DNA of 64,000 nt, from contig JAAOMT010000061.1 of NCBI GenBank assembly GCA_016748015.1, positions 124,001 to 188,000 of the forward strand, written 5' to 3'. Each line of letters opens with the position of its first letter. Position 1 is the first letter of the stretch. Source of the DNA: Geosiphon pyriformis uo1. Its lineage: Eukaryota; Fungi; Glomeromycota. Below are positions 39,201 to 53,883 of the stretch, one piece after another. Position numbers and translations under genes: made by a program. The notes below the pieces were generated by a model that saw nothing but the letters and a program-made list of their open reading frames with translations, had not been told where the DNA came from and searched no databases.

Positions 39201-40710
39201 TTTAAATAGTAAATTTAATTTACTTTTGAAATTTTGACTTTTTTTTAATATTGATAATATTTTTAAAATAATAATTTTTGTTAATTTGGGTGTTTATTTT
39301 GGTATTATTCAGTCTGTTTTATCAAAGATCAGAAAATTTGATTAAATACTAAAAATAGTAAAATCTTAGTACACTAAAAAAATATAAATTAAATCTGCTA
39401 TTAAGAAAAAAATAAAAAATTTAAAGTAAATAAAATCTATATAATTAAAAGTATCTTTAAGTATTTTTTTACAAAATGGTTTTAAATTATTTGGTTGTTA
39501 ATAAAAAACTGGTATTAGTATCTAAATAAGTAAAATTTAAGATAAATAAAATTATAAAAGATTGAATAAAGAAATAAAAAGTATTGAAAGCAATATCTAA
39601 AGTATAATATCAATAATATTTTTTGTTAATTTATGTTGCTAATAAAGTTTTTTTTAATTTTATGTATTCTATTAATTTTAATGAACTGTTAAGTGTGATA
39701 ATAAAATTGTTTAATAAAAAAACTGCTGGTTTTTTTGGTATTTTGATTAAGTTGTAAAAACATTATAACAAAGTAATAATAGATATGTTTTTAGATCTTA
39801 TAAACTTTTGTTTAATGTATGAATTTTTTTTTAACTTTGAAATAAGTTTTAATAATTTCTAAATTATATAAATAAAAAAGTGTTTTAATTAATACTTGGT
39901 TTATTGCTTTAATTAAAACAGTTTAGAAGATTTTTTCTAAAATTTTGTCTAACAGAATTTTTTAGTATATAGTAAATTTAATGTTTTTTATAAAGATAAT
40001 TTTTTAGTATTGAATATACAATGATATAATTTCTTATTTTTATAATTGGCTTAGTAATAAAAAATGTTTTAAAAAAAAGTTATAAACTTTGATTGGTTTT
40101 GCAAAATATATACAAAGCATATAATTTTGTAAGTTAAAAATACTTAAATAACAGTTTGTTTAAAATTAAAATATGTAACAAATTTGTTAAATTCTTTAGT
40201 AGTATTTACAATAATTAAGTTAATTGAATTATAATTAATTTTGGTTTAATAAATAACTATTATATTTATAATAAATTAAATTAAGATAAATTTTTTTTTT
40301 TTAGTGTATATTTTATTGTTTTTTTTTATATGAAATCAAAAAACAAAAATGTTAAAATTGATTTCAAGTTTATAATTAGAACTAAATGAATTAAAATTCA
40401 TATAAGTTTTATGTTTTTTTTTACTATTAGTGTTTTTGTTGATAACATAATTTGAATAAACAGTAATTAAATTACAATTTAGTATATTTTAAATATTGTT
40501 AATAATTTTTTTAAATTAATAATATCTTAATTAATAATAATAAAACAATAACTATTTTTATTAATTATAAAGTTAGTATTCTTTTATTAACAATTAGTAA
40601 TCTGTTTATTTTAATTACCAAAAAAAAAATTTATAAATACCTGAATATTTTTTTATTTATAGATAGTTTGTTAAAATCTAGTTTGACTAAAGCTTATTCA
40701 AATATTAAGT
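36240..40710 (+). mobile_element. LINE D: very heavily decayed LINE (ORF1 through RT)
   Basis: Collinear remnants: KLFALNI (about 36810), KIQLISF (about 37150), KKTINFIFI (38757), LQNIYKAYNFV (about 40100), FVDNII* (40435). Confidence 0.75.
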
Positions 40711-40982
40711 TTTTTATTTTTTATTTTTTTATTGTTTTATGAATAAAGCTCAAATGTTACTTAGCACAATACATTAAATTAGATACAAATTACATACTTT
40801 TTACATATAACTAGCTACTTGGGCCAATTAAAACTACACTATATATTTATCTTAACAAAAAGTGCACAATTAATATCTGAAAAAAAAAGTACATAGCTTA
40901 TATAAACCAAAACTAATACCATGTGTTTCTGTAATTCCAAGCAATTTAACAATACTATTAAAGAATAAAGATAACAAACCAT
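40711..40982 (-). mobile_element. LINE E 3' end (ORF2 C-terminus, 3' UTR, A-rich tail)
   Basis: Minus strand reads IVKLLGITETHGISFGLYKLCTFFS..., then the 3' UTR motif ggcccaagtagctag (cf. 36010) and an A-rich tail. Confidence 0.75.
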
Positions 40983-41774
40983 TGTTACAGATGATTATTT
41001 AGGGTATTAAAGTAAATAACAAACTTGTAACTTAGTGTTTAATAGCTGAGAATATTGGTAATTATTAAAAATTTTGAAGTTTGAAAATTTTGGTTGAGTT
41101 TTTTGTATAATAAACAGAAATTCAATTAATAATTTCTTTCATGAATTTTTTCTTTCTTGTTCTCAGATTTTTTACCAAGTTATTTTTAATATAAAATACT
41201 TAGTGCTTAATTTTTTTAATTAATTAGTAAACAACAAAAAAATAAAATAAAATAAAATAAAAATAAAAAATAAAAAATTAGTATTCCATCAATAACTATA
41301 ATTAAAAATTATTATTCTAGTGTAGTTAAGTATTAAAGTTTATTAACATGAATTGTTAATAGTAGAAAAAGTAATTAATATTCTTAATTAAGTAACAATA
41401 ACATAAATTAAATAATAATTAAATATTTTATTAATATTAATATAATTTCACTTTAAGTTATAGAAAACTATTTTTTAAAGGGAAAGTAGAAGATAAGTAG
41501 TTATTTTTAGCTACTGTTTTATCAAAGTTTCTAATATTTTTTTTGTTTCTAATACTCTCATTATATATACATAATTTGTGTTATATAAGATTTCTTAAAA
41601 TTTTTCAATTTTTTTGACAGAAATTCTGAAATTTTGGAATCCTGCAATTTCTTGAAAAGAATTTTAGAATCCTGCAATTCTCCAAAAAAAATCTTGAAAT
41701 TTTTCTTTTTATTATACTTATTTCTAATTGGCTATTTTATCTACTATTATAATTTTTAATTTCAATGAGTAATA
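40983..41774 (-). repeat. E3 3' LTR
   Basis: Homologous to the E5 LTR, including the gaaatcctggaattc-type U3 repeats. Confidence 0.8.
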
Positions 41775-44700
41775 TTATTTCCTTTTTTTAATATTGAACT
41801 CTGTTAAGATCTTCTAAATCTCCTAAATTTCTTTCTTGGATTAACTTCATAACTTTTTTTTTGAGAATTACTTGGGCAATATTGGTTTACAATTCTTTAA
41901 ATTGGGGATTGATAATTTTTCTTAATTGGTTAATAATTATCATGTTTATTGTTAGATATAGCAGTATTTCCAAACAGTTTTAGAATTCTGTTTGTAATTA
42001 GTATATTGCTTATGCCTGTGTAAATAGATTGTTTTTTTTCACAAATTACTTAAGTTGTTATAATATTGTTGTATTAAATATTTATTTTGTTTTATTTATA
42101 TATAAGTTTTAAATATTAAGCTTTTGTCTAAATAATAATAGTAAAAGTTTTTTAAAAATTGTTGTGTCTACTATTTCTAATTTTTTTCTATTAATTTCTT
42201 ATATAATACTGTTGTTTTTGGTATTTCTATGGATATTTTTACTTTTGCTATTATATCTTCTACTATATTTTTATGTCTTATGTATACCCTATATTGTACT
42301 TTGTATTAGGATTTCAGTTTTTTTTCTGTGTTTTTATATTAAATAGTTTGTTAATTGATTGTAATTTTTATGTTCAATTTTTAATTTTTAATTATTTGGA
42401 ATAGTTGTTAGACTAGTAAATAAATATTATTAGTAATTTTTATCTTTTTATTTGCTTTTATTGTATGTATTAGTTTTTTATATACTGTTTTTATAGATCA
42501 ATTTAATATGTTTGTGTTAATAATTATGATTGGTTCTAGATCTTATGCAATCTTATTTGGTTGGACTAATATTCATTGTATTTCTAATTGTAAAATATTA
42601 TTAATAGATAATAATACTATATTGTAATATGGTTTTAGTTAATCTTTATGTGCTGCTTTAACTAAGATTTTGTTGTATTATCTTAATTTATAAGCTAAAA
42701 ATTTTTCAATGTAAAATGGTTTATCTCATTTAGGTTCAATTTTCTACTCTATTGTTTTTTTGTTTTGGTACAATATAAGAATACTTTGTTTTTAATTCTG
42801 AATTCGACTGGTTTATTTGGTAACTGGTTATTATATTGTTTTTTTGTTTTGCTTGTAATTTTTAAATATTATTAGCTGTTTTTTATCTTTTGTTCTCTAA
42901 AGTTTTTATTATGTTATATGTTTTTTTTAGCAGTATTTTTTGAAAGTTGGTTTTTGTTATTGATTTGGTTAAATATGTATTAATATCTATCTTAATTGGT
43001 AATATTGCTGTTCTATTATAAATTAGTTCAAATAGTATTGCTTATATAGTATCTTGTTTTATTGTTTAATAAGTAAATAATACTAATAATATAAATAAAT
43101 CCTATTTGTCCTGGTTTTCTTGGCTGATTTTGGTTATTACTTTACATAATGTTTTGTTAAATTTTTTGACTAAGCTATTTGTTTATAGGTAATATAGTAA
43201 TAATAATAATGGTCTTTTAATTTCAAATTTTTAACTTAATTCTGTTAATATTCTGTTTAAAAAGTGAGTTTTTTGGTCTGATAACAACTTTTTTAAATAT
43301 TTATATTAACAAATTAAATCTTGGTAAACAAATTTGGCTATAGATTTTGTATCTGCTCTTTAAATTGCTTTTGCCTTTGGCCATTTTGTAAAATAGTTCA
43401 TAACTACTGTTATATATTAATTGTCTCTGCTGGTTATTATTAATGATTCAACTAAATCAATACTAATTCAATCAAATAGTTGTTTTATTTTAATTGGTTT
43501 TAATAGTTTATTTGGTCTCATTTCTTTTTTTCTTTAACAAGCATTATAATTTTAAATATATTAAATGATATCTGGATACATTGATAATTAATAATATCTT
43601 TTTTTGGTTTTTTCTATAATTGTTTCTTTATGAAAATATTCTGTAGTTAGATCTAAGTACATGTTAAACAGTATTGTTTTTTTTGGTTCTGTAATTACTC
43701 TAAGTAACTAGTCTGGATCTTTTCTGTTTTTTTAATATAATATATTTTAATAAGTAATAAAATATTTTAATTGTTGTTTTATGTTGTTTTGTTTTTTTTG
43801 AGATAATTTTTTCTTAAACTATTAAGTATTAATATAATGTTAGAATTGTTAATATTTTTGTGTGTTCATCTTTTGTTATATTTTTGGGTTAAAATATTTA
43901 GATTTGTCTTATTTATAACAAACTATTACTATTTTCATTTTTTTTTTATAATATACAATATAATTAAATAGTGATAATTCTATTTTCTATTTTACATGGC
44001 AATTGTTTCCAAATTTTTACTTCTGGATTGATATCAATTTTTGTGATCAATATATATATTAAACTTTTAACATAAGTATTTTTTTATTTAATAACAGCTT
44101 AATAGATAGTTAAATGTTTTAATGCTAGAGTTTTATAGTTTTTTTTGGCTAAACTTATATTTTAGCTAACATATATCATTAAATATTCTTGTTCATTAGC
44201 TTTTTTTTATAACAATACAGCTTTTAATGCTTAATTGAATACATTGATAGTAATAATAAATAGTTTGCTATAATCTGAATAGATTAATACTAGAGCTTAA
44301 ATGAGTTTTTTTCTTTAGATATTGAAAGCTTCTTGTTGGGTTTCAGTTTATTTATATTTAATATTTTTTGCTTGGAGCTAATAAAATAATTGAGCCAGTT
44401 TGGAGAAGTTTTGAATAAAATGGCAATACTATCTAATAAATTCCAAAAATGCTCTTAATTCTGTAAGATTTGTTAGAACTGTAAAGTTTTTGATTATCTT
44501 AATCTTGTCTGAATTTGTTTTTATGTCATTTTTGCTTATAACATGTTTCAAAAACTTGAATTCAGTTTTTCCAAAATAGCATTTGATAACATTTAACTTT
44601 AGTCCAGCTCTTCTTAACCTTTTAAACACTTGTTAGAAATGGTCAAAATAGTTATTAAATATTTTAAAGAACATATTAGTGTCATTTAAGTAAATTACTA

Positions 44701-46623
44701 TTGATTTCTATAATAATTTAGTATAAACAATTTTTATAAACTATTGGAAGATAACTAAGGCATTGATTAAGCCAAATAGCATAATATCAAATTTAAAATT
44801 TTTTTCTCTAATAATAAATGCCATTTTTTTTTTGTCTGCTGAATTCATGACTACTTGTCAGTAATTACTATTTAAGTCCAATATTAAAACCTATTTCTTC
44901 TTTCCAAAAGCATCAAATAACTCCTAAATTCATAAAGTTAGATAACTGTCTCTATAAGTAATACTATTGAGTTTTTGGTAGTCTACATAAAAGCAGGTTT
45001 TTTTATTTTTTTTTGGAAAAGTGCTATTGGTAAAAACCATAGACTTATTAATAATTAAATTAATTCATTGTCCAACATTCAGTTGATTTTTTGTCAGATA
45101 ATCTTATGGCTAACAGATAATACTCTGTATGCTTTTTGTTTAATTGGCATTATATTTTTAGTTTTGATTTAATGCTGAATAATATTAGTTTTGCCAAATT
45201 TATTTTATTGGCAAAGATTTTAGTGAAATTGTTGAGTAGTATCTTAAATTACATATGTTGAAGTAAGTCTAAATTTTTCAAGTTTATTTGCTCTAATTGT
45301 TTTAATTGTAACAAATAATACTTTTTTTATTCATAAATTATTTATAATGTGATATCCACATATTCATAAAGTTATAGAAAATCTAAAATATTTGTTAATA
45401 GTTGATTCTTAATTTCAATGCTTAAATATTTAATGAAAATTCTATTTGATATTTCTATGGAATTTTCAGTTATATTGTATATTGGAATCTTAATATGTTT
45501 GTGATTCTTGGCTAATAGAAATTAATAATAACAATCTCTTCTAATTTACAAATGGTGGCTTTTACTTCAAAAATTTGAAGTTAATTTTTTATTTATTTTT
45601 CTATAGTTAATATAACTGGTCATATAATAGAATAAAAATAAATTGATTGATAAAGATAATTTTTTTTTTATTAATGATTTTTTTTTGTCATATTAACAGA
45701 TATTTCTATTTTATCTGTGGATTTAAATTTCTTTATTTCTTTTGTCATGATTTCTAGCTTTTTTTTGTTTATATTAATATTAATTAAGTTATTTTAATTA
45801 AAAGCAAAAATATTGTCTGTACTATTTTTTTATTTGGTTTAATTGTGTATTCTTTTTCTGAGTTATTTTGTAATATTACAATAATATTTTCTATATATTT
45901 TGTGTCAATTATTTTTTCTCTAATATTAATCTTTTTTTTTGTTATACTAAATCTAGAGTCTAATTAAACTATTATTGTTGTTAAAATTTCCAATCCTAAT
46001 TTTAAATCTATGTTAGTATATAAATGAGATTCTAATCTAATGGCAGTTTTTTCTGAATATTTAAAATCAAACTCTACATTAGTATTATGTATGTATTCTG
46101 GTATGATACTCTTATTATTATTACTAAACTATTTAAGTTTCTGCTTTTTTGAGAGATCTGAAAGCACAATATATTGTTTAGGATTTCTATTGAAATTTAA
46201 ATTATTATTGTTGTTATTGCTATTATAAATGAAGTTAAAATTATTATTGTTGTTATTATCAATATTTGAATTATGATTGAATTTTAATTTTAATTCTGAA
46301 GTACAGCTGCTAATTGGTTTTTTTTCTTTGAAAATTAAATAGATTATATATAGTAATAGATTGTAAATAAAGTTACAATTATCACAATATTCAAAGTTAC
46401 TAAAAATTTGGCAATGTTTATAAAATTTGGCATTTAATTGTTCTAAATGCTTTTGCTTTTCTTAAGTGAATGCTAAATTTTAGTAGTTTTTGTAAAATTG
46501 TTCTGAATTACTTAAAATATTAACAAAAATGTTTGTGTTTGGAATAAAAATAGTTTTAATAGGTTTTAATAGATTATTTTTAATGACAAGTATTTTATTA
46601 AGTGAAGTGTTTTTGATTTTGGC
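40983..46623 (-). mobile_element. E3: 5'-truncated, heavily decayed Ty3/Gypsy element (part of the Cys region-dUTPase-RT-RH-IN-ORF3-3' LTR)
   Basis: LTR 40983-41774 begins TGTTACA, PPT at 41775; ORF 44429..44629 (FKRLRRAGLKLNVIKCYFG); collinear with E1 and E5. Confidence 0.85.
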
Positions 46624-48873
46624 TTAATCAAAAAATTTAACAGAATATTGTGCAAAATAATAGCCAAAATCAACCAAAAAAACCAGAACAAATAAAATTT
46701 GTTTATATCATTAATATTATTTGCTTATTAGACAATAAAACAAGATACCACACAAGTAATACTATTTGAATTAGTCTATAGTAAAACAACAATATTACTA
46801 GTTAAAATAAATATTAATATATATTTAATAGAACCAATAACAAAAGCCAACTCTCAAGAAATATTGCTAAAAAAAACATATGACTTAATAGAAACTCTAA
46901 AAAACAAAAGATAAAAAGCAATTAATAATATATAAAAGTTACAAAAAAAATAACATAATAACCAGTTACTAAATAAACAAATCAAATTCAAAATTGAAAA
47001 CAAAGTACTCTTATATTATACCAAAGTAGAAAAACAATAAAGTAAAAAGTTTAACTTCAAATAAAATAGTTCATTTTATATTGAAAAATTTCTAGGAAAT
47101 AAATCTTATAAATTAAATAAGACAATAAAATCTTAATTAAAGCAACATATTGTGATTAATTAAAATCATATTATAATATAGTATTATTATCTATTAATAT
47201 TATTTTACAATTGAAAGTACAAAAAATACTAGTCAAATCAGATAAAATTCCACAAAATTTGAAACTAATTATAATTATTAAAGAAAACATAAATAATAGA
47301 TCAAGATAAAAGTACATAAAAACACAATATATATGACAAAAACAACAACAAAAAATAAAAATTCAGATCATATTTACATAATAGTACAACAATTGTTTCA
47401 AGCCATAAATTAACAGCAATTAAACATAAAAATTACTATTAATTACCAGACAATTTGTTATAAAAACACAAAAAGAAAAAGAAAAACAAATATTACTTTA
47501 TATTAGTAATTATAAAACTAAACAAAGCACTAATTAGACAAGATTATAGAAAAAATAAAAAACACTTTTAAAAAAAATACCAATTATAGTTCCAATAAAA
47601 AAACTAATTAAAGAAAACTAAAAGCTATGAATAAAACAATTTCTAATAGCATACTATTACTATTAGTTAAAACAAAAGCTAAATATTCAGAAATTGTATA
47701 TCAATAAATCTCAAAAAATATTCAATTAAAAAATTATACAACAGATTGAAGACTTTATTAAAAAGAAGATAAGTTTTATACTATATATTAAAACAAAATA
47801 CTGACTATACACTATATTTCAAGATTATTTAAAAATATTACTATATTTAAAAATGAAACCAATAATTATTAATCAATAAAAAAAAATAACCAATTTTCAA
47901 TTTAAAAACATAAGAACTAGAATTAAATAAACAGTATTAAAAAATAATAATAACTTAATTTAAAATAAGAATTTCAATAGAACTTAATATTAAAAAAAAA
48001 GAAATAATATTACTTATAGAAAAAAGTACAAAAAAAACAAAAAAAAACAGAGTATAAGATAGATTAATAGAAAAATAGTACTTAATAAGTGAACACATTT
48101 TCAAAAATATGCATATTTTTAAGAAATAAGCATATTTTTAGGAAATTATAATACATTTTTAGAAATAAGCACATTTTTAGAAAATAGTATAGAAAAAAAG
48201 TAGAAATGTGTAAAATCTTGTATAATATGAATTATGTATATATAACAAAAGTATTAAAAACAAAAAAACAGAACAGTAATAACTAATTAATAGTTAGAAA
48301 ATATTTTTCTTTTTAAAAAATAGTTTTTATAACTTAAAGTAAAATTATATTAATATTAATAAAAATATCCATTACTATTCAATTTATGTTATTATTACTT
48401 AATTAAAAAATATTAATTACTTTTGTATTATCAACAGTTTATGTTGATAAAATCTAATATTTAGCTATATTAAACCAATAACTCTTGATTATGACTATTA
48501 ACAGAATACTAATTTCTTATTTTCTTGTTTTATTTTGTTTTATTTTGTTTTTTTTATTGTTTACTAATTGATTAAAAAAATAAAATGCTGAGTAATTAAC
48601 ATTAAAAATAGTCTGGTAAAAGATCTGTAAAACAAAAGTAGAAAAATTTAAGAATAGCTTATTAAAAAAACATGACTGTTAAATTAAACTAATTACTATA
48701 TTAAAAACAGAAATTGGAAAAAACCATTAATTAAATCTTTATTCATTATATAAAAGACTTAACTAAAACTTTTAAACTTCAAAATCTTAAGAAATTATTA
48801 TTATAAACAGCTATTAAACATCAAATTACAAATTTGTTATTTGTTTCAATACTCCAAATAATTACTTATAACA
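46624..48873 (+). mobile_element. E4: 3' half of a Ty3/Gypsy element (IN C-terminal half, ORF3, PPT, 3' LTR 48008-48873), inverted relative to E3
   Basis: Plus strand begins with decayed L(V)ERFNRTLC, followed by KQDTTQ..LFELVY; PPT at about 47992-48007; the LTR ends ...acttataaca. Confidence 0.82.
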
Positions 48874-49613
48874 ATACCAAACTAGATTTAAAAGTGAATA
48901 TAGCTTTAATAATACCAACAAATTTTAAGAAGGTAGAAGCTCTTTCAAAATTATTGATTTTTAAGAACAATTTTTTTACTACTATGAGTTTCTTTTAAGA
49001 CAATTTCCTAGTAATCTTGTCTAAACCAATATTTAAAGCAAAAAACTTTCTAATAGACATATTGACCAAATTTTTTAATAGAGAAAAGATAATCAGAAAA
49101 GTATTCAAGAGGATATTATTAATATTTATATCTAAAAAATCAATTTTTTTGAGTAATATGCTCAAGACTTTTTTGGTTACTAATCTAGAACTTTTTAGTG
49201 TCAAATTCAAATTTTTTCTATTAAAAACATTATTTTTATCATAATTTATACTTATTTTCTCTATTAGAAACTTTTTTTTCATATTAATACTATCAAATTT
49301 AATAGTATTATTAGTTTTAAAACTCCAAAAATTCTTACTTACTCTTTTATTAGAATTATCTCTATTAATAATAATAATATTTAAAACACTTTCTCTTTTT
49401 TTTTTTGAATAAAACATCTTTTTTAGCCACTCTAAAACCAAAACTCTTAACAGTTTTCTTTATAATAGCAATATTGAAATTAACAATAGTCTTATATTCA
49501 AACAAAAATGGTTTAAAAATATTAATTTGAATGATTAAAAAAAGAAATTAAAAAAACTTTTTTATTAAAATTAAAACTCTTTGATGATTATTGGGATAGA
49601 AAAGAAAAAAAAG
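48874..49613 (-). mobile_element. LINE E 5' end (5' UTR + ORF1 N-terminus)
   Basis: ORF 48995..49441 (LKNLVNMSIRKFFALNIGLDKI) continues as KINNFERASTFLKF; the 5' end cttttttttcttttc resembles LINEs B, C and F. Confidence 0.75.
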
Positions 49614-49929
49614 TTTTTTTTGTTTTTATATTAATAATAGTTATTTATTTATTAAAAAATAAAATTTTATTAAAAAACAATTTTGTTTTTAAAGTTTTAA
49701 TATTAATATTTTTTAAAATTTTTATACAAACATATTTTTATAGTTAAAAATTATTGTTTTTATTAATATTATATAATTTATTATCTTATTTTTAAATATT
49801 AAATATTAATTTAATTAATAATAAAATTATTAAATTAATTATTAAATTAATTATTAACTTAAATAATAATCTAATTATTAATTCTTTTTAATAATTTTTA
49901 TATTTTTTTTATATTTATTTAATAAATAT

Positions 49930-50200
49930 AATTTAAATATTATTTAGCATATATATATAATTAAACTGCTTATAACTAAATATAAATCACATATTTATTA
50001 TATGTAATTAACTACTTAAGCCAATTAAAACTATATTAACTATTTATAACAATATTAATATTATTGTATATATTAGAAAAAAACAATTTTTTTTTAAAAA
50101 CCAAGATATATTATAAAAATCACATTATTTCTTAAAATATAAATTATTTTATAGTATTATGAAATAATTTTTTTGGTATATTAAATATTACTATCTTATT
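49930..50200 (-). mobile_element. Fossil LINE 3' end
   Basis: Decayed copy of the LINE 3' UTR motif at about 50005-50035 (cf. 40805-40840). Confidence 0.5.
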
Positions 50201-52021
50201 TTAATTGCAATCAGTTACTCTTAAGTTTTTTAATTTTATTTATATAATAATGCTAATTTTATATTAAAAACTTTTTTTTGATATTATATATAAATTATTT
50301 CTCAATTTTTAATTATTGTGTATGTGTTTATGTATTCTTTTTTAAAGATTAAACTGAAATTTATCTGTTGTTTTAAAGTTTTTTTGAGACTATCTTTGTA
50401 ATTATTTAATATGTTTCTTTAATCTAAAAACACAGAATGTTAATAATTTTTACAATAAAACTTTTTATTAATAAGTAATAACATAAATAATCTTAATTAA
50501 AAATTATTTTTCTAAAGAATTCAACTAATAAATAATAATTTTATTTAATAAATAATATAAATAAGTTTTTTAATACTTTTAATTATGATAATTTAATTTT
50601 TAATATTATTTTTAATTTTTTTGGATTTAAAATTTCTTTAAAAATAAAAATTAAAAGTTAATTAAAGTAAAAAATTAAAATTTAATAAAATTAAACTATT
50701 AAATAAAATTGTTGTTTTTTTTAATATTAAAGTTATTATATATATATATGTTTGTAATTTTATAAAAAAACATATTATAATACTTTTTTTTAATATTTTA
50801 ATCTGGTATTTGTTACTATTACCAATTAGTATTTATTATTATTATAAATTAGTGCTTATTATTATTATAAATATTACTTATTACTTTTTTAAGATTATTA
50901 TTATGCTATATTATAATTAAATAATTTATATTATTTTATAATTTTTTTGCTAAATTTTTGAACTATAATATTAACAAAACTAATTAACAAATTACTAAAA
51001 CTATAAAATACAAAACTTTTTTTTTAAGCAACTTATTTTTTTATTGCTGCTTTGTATTTAATTCTGTATAATCAAATTCTATTTTTGTAATTAGAGATTA
51101 TTTGTTTTATAAAAGACACTAGTTAAAAAGTTGCAACTTTAAAATTTCTAAATACAAAAACTATCTCATTATATTAATTGTTAAAAACAAAACTTTTATA
51201 AAACAAAATATATAAAGTATTATTAAATTAACAAAAATATAATAAATTTAATATTATAAATAATATTTGTAAAACTTTAAAAAAAAATCTTTACAAATTA
51301 GTCAGGCTTAATAATAACTTAATTTTTGTATTTTTTTTTAATAAATACATAAAAACATAATTAAAAAGTATTATATTACTATAGTAAAGACTTAAAACTC
51401 TTAAATAATACTTATTATATAATTTTAATATAAGTTTATTTGTAAATTTTAACCACATATACAAGTCAAAATATCATACCAAAAATATGCAAACTTAATA
51501 AATATTATTAATTTTATGCTTAAAAACAACATTGGTTTTTGGTTTAACTTTTTATTGAATATAACTAATCAAAAAACATATATTTTAAATAAAATACTGT
51601 ATATTTTCAAAAAAAATAATGCTATTTATTTAAAAAAAACTCTTATCAATTGTAATTAAAAGATATTAAGATAAATAAGTAGTAATATTAGCAAATATAT
51701 TTGTCTTAATATTGTTTTTTACTCTTAAATAATTTTTAATTTTTATTTAATTAATTATAATGTTTTTTTTTAATATAATTAAAATTTTGTTTATGTTTTA
51801 TTTAATAATATTTGTAAAAATTAGAAAATTTTTTATATAATTTATTGTTATAAATATTTAACATAACTTAATTATCAAAAACAATTTTAATTGTTAATAA
51901 AAAAAACTTTTTTTTCTCTTACCTCCGAAAAACCCCAACAAGTTATTTTCTAAAAAAAGAAGTTTTCTGTTTTTTTTGTTAATAATATATCAATATTTCT
52001 TTAACTAACAACCCTTTCATC

Positions 52022-53883
52022 GTGGATTTGAAGGCTGTTTCTAGTGGCAGCATATCTAGTAAGAAGGCTCCTAAGGGCATGTTTCATGGTCCTGCTGGTG
52101 GTTTCTTTTCACAAAGAAAGAGGACTTCTCTTAGAAATGTTAAACACTCTGGTAATGAAAAGAATGTTTCTCTGATGTCTGGTTCTGGTGCTAGTGTATA
52201 TTCTGATGTGGAGAGCCTATTTGGGGATGATGAAAATGTTAATATGTCTGGTGGTTTCAATGATTCTCTTTCAGACTTGGCTGTTAATACTCTTAAGACT
52301 AAACATGTGAATACTGGTGCAAATTTTGGTTCTCCTGACTTTGAAATGGATGAAAAGATGAAGTCTCTTCTGCCCCTCCTTAGGAGAAAAGTTCTTTTGA
52401 ATAAGATTTGGATTGATTCCAAGATCATCAAAACTCCTGTAAAAGTGTCAGTTAAGAAATCATTTGCTTTAGACATCAATCTTTTGGCTGTGAAAAGAAA
52501 ATTGGCTATGCAAAAAACTCAGTTCATCAGAAAAATTTTTTCAAAAATCAATGGTTTTGGGGGGACCACTACCCCTTCAAAATTTGAAGGGATTATCAGA
52601 TCAATGTTTACTTCATCAGAGAGCATGGAAAAAGCTGCCTTATTGGCCAGGGAAAATAACATTATAGTAAACAGTGATCTTAAGAGACAAGGAATTCGCT
52701 CAGATCAGACTGTAGTAATCAAGAAAATTCTCATGGACACACCAAAGGAAATGATAGTCGCTGCAGTATCTGAGTTTGGTCAAATAGTGTCAATCTGATT
52801 GCAGCTCATTGGGCTGTGGCAAAAGGCTGTGGTGGAGTTTACCAAATCGAGTCAGACAGATCAGTTGGCAGCTAAGTGGTCTTTCTTGATCAGGAAAGAT
52901 TCAGTGTGCATGGCCAAGGCTGTGGGAGATTGTGAGACATGGGCATTTAGAGATCAATATAAGGCACTTTTGTTTACTTTGCTAGTGGGAACAATGGCTC
53001 ATAATCTTGGTGATTTTTTGGCAAGAGCTGGTGGGAAAACTTGTGTCATAAATCAATCCTTAGACACTGGCAATAGAGTTTGTTGTGCTGTGGTTTGTTT
53101 TGAGAATGACAAGGTATTAGAGTCTGTGTTTCGTACAAAGCCTATTTTTGGTGGCTTTCTTGGGCTAGATTGGATCTGGTTTGGTGTGAACGGTGTGAGA
53201 AACTTGGTCATTCTGTTCTAAAGTGTGATGCTGAGATCTCAACTCTTCCTAAACTTTTCAAGTCATTTAAAAGGGTTGTCTCTGATGAGAACCACCTCCA
53301 GTTGGCCAAGCTGTATACAAAAAAGAATGTGCCTATTTCTTGACCAGTTGTATTTGGTGGCAAATCATGGGCCCAGGTTGTCTCTCTGGTATCTTCGTCT
53401 GATGGTCCTCACTTCGGTTCTGGTTCTGGTTTTGGCTCCTCTTTTGGTGCCTCAGATGTGGTTGGTCACTCATCTCCTGTGGTTTTTGTTTATTCAATTT
53501 TGGAGACTCGTTTCACTTCTTTGGAGCATTCTTTAAAACTTCTTACAAATAGGGTGTCTAATATTGTAAACAAATTTGACAATTTAAACTTGGTGCTCAT
53601 GACTCTTGTCTCCTCCTCTCAGTTCTTAGTTATCCCTGTTATGGCAAATGTGGAATTTGGTTCGGATATGATTCTGGATGATTCTAAGCCTGTGGTTCTT
53701 CCTCCCTCTTTGGTTTCTTCTGGTGTCTCAAATTTGGGTTTGAGTGGTTCAAAAATTTTGACTTCAAAAGTGGGCTGTTTGGAGTCAAAGTTGATGGCTC
53801 TTGAAGCTTTGGTTTGTTTGATATTGGAGAAGTTAGATCAGATGTGTGCTGGTTTGAGTTCTGCAGTCTCTTTTTTATCTTAA
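52022..53883 (+). pseudogene. LINE F ORF1, with stop and frameshift
   Basis: ORFs 52022..52798, 52799..53221 and 53458..53883; knuckle remnant CE.CEKLGHSVLKC. Confidence 0.85.

Noticed and set aside
40700-49630. TSD for LINE E
   Set aside because: Both flanks are T-rich low-complexity sequence; no specific duplication can be supported.
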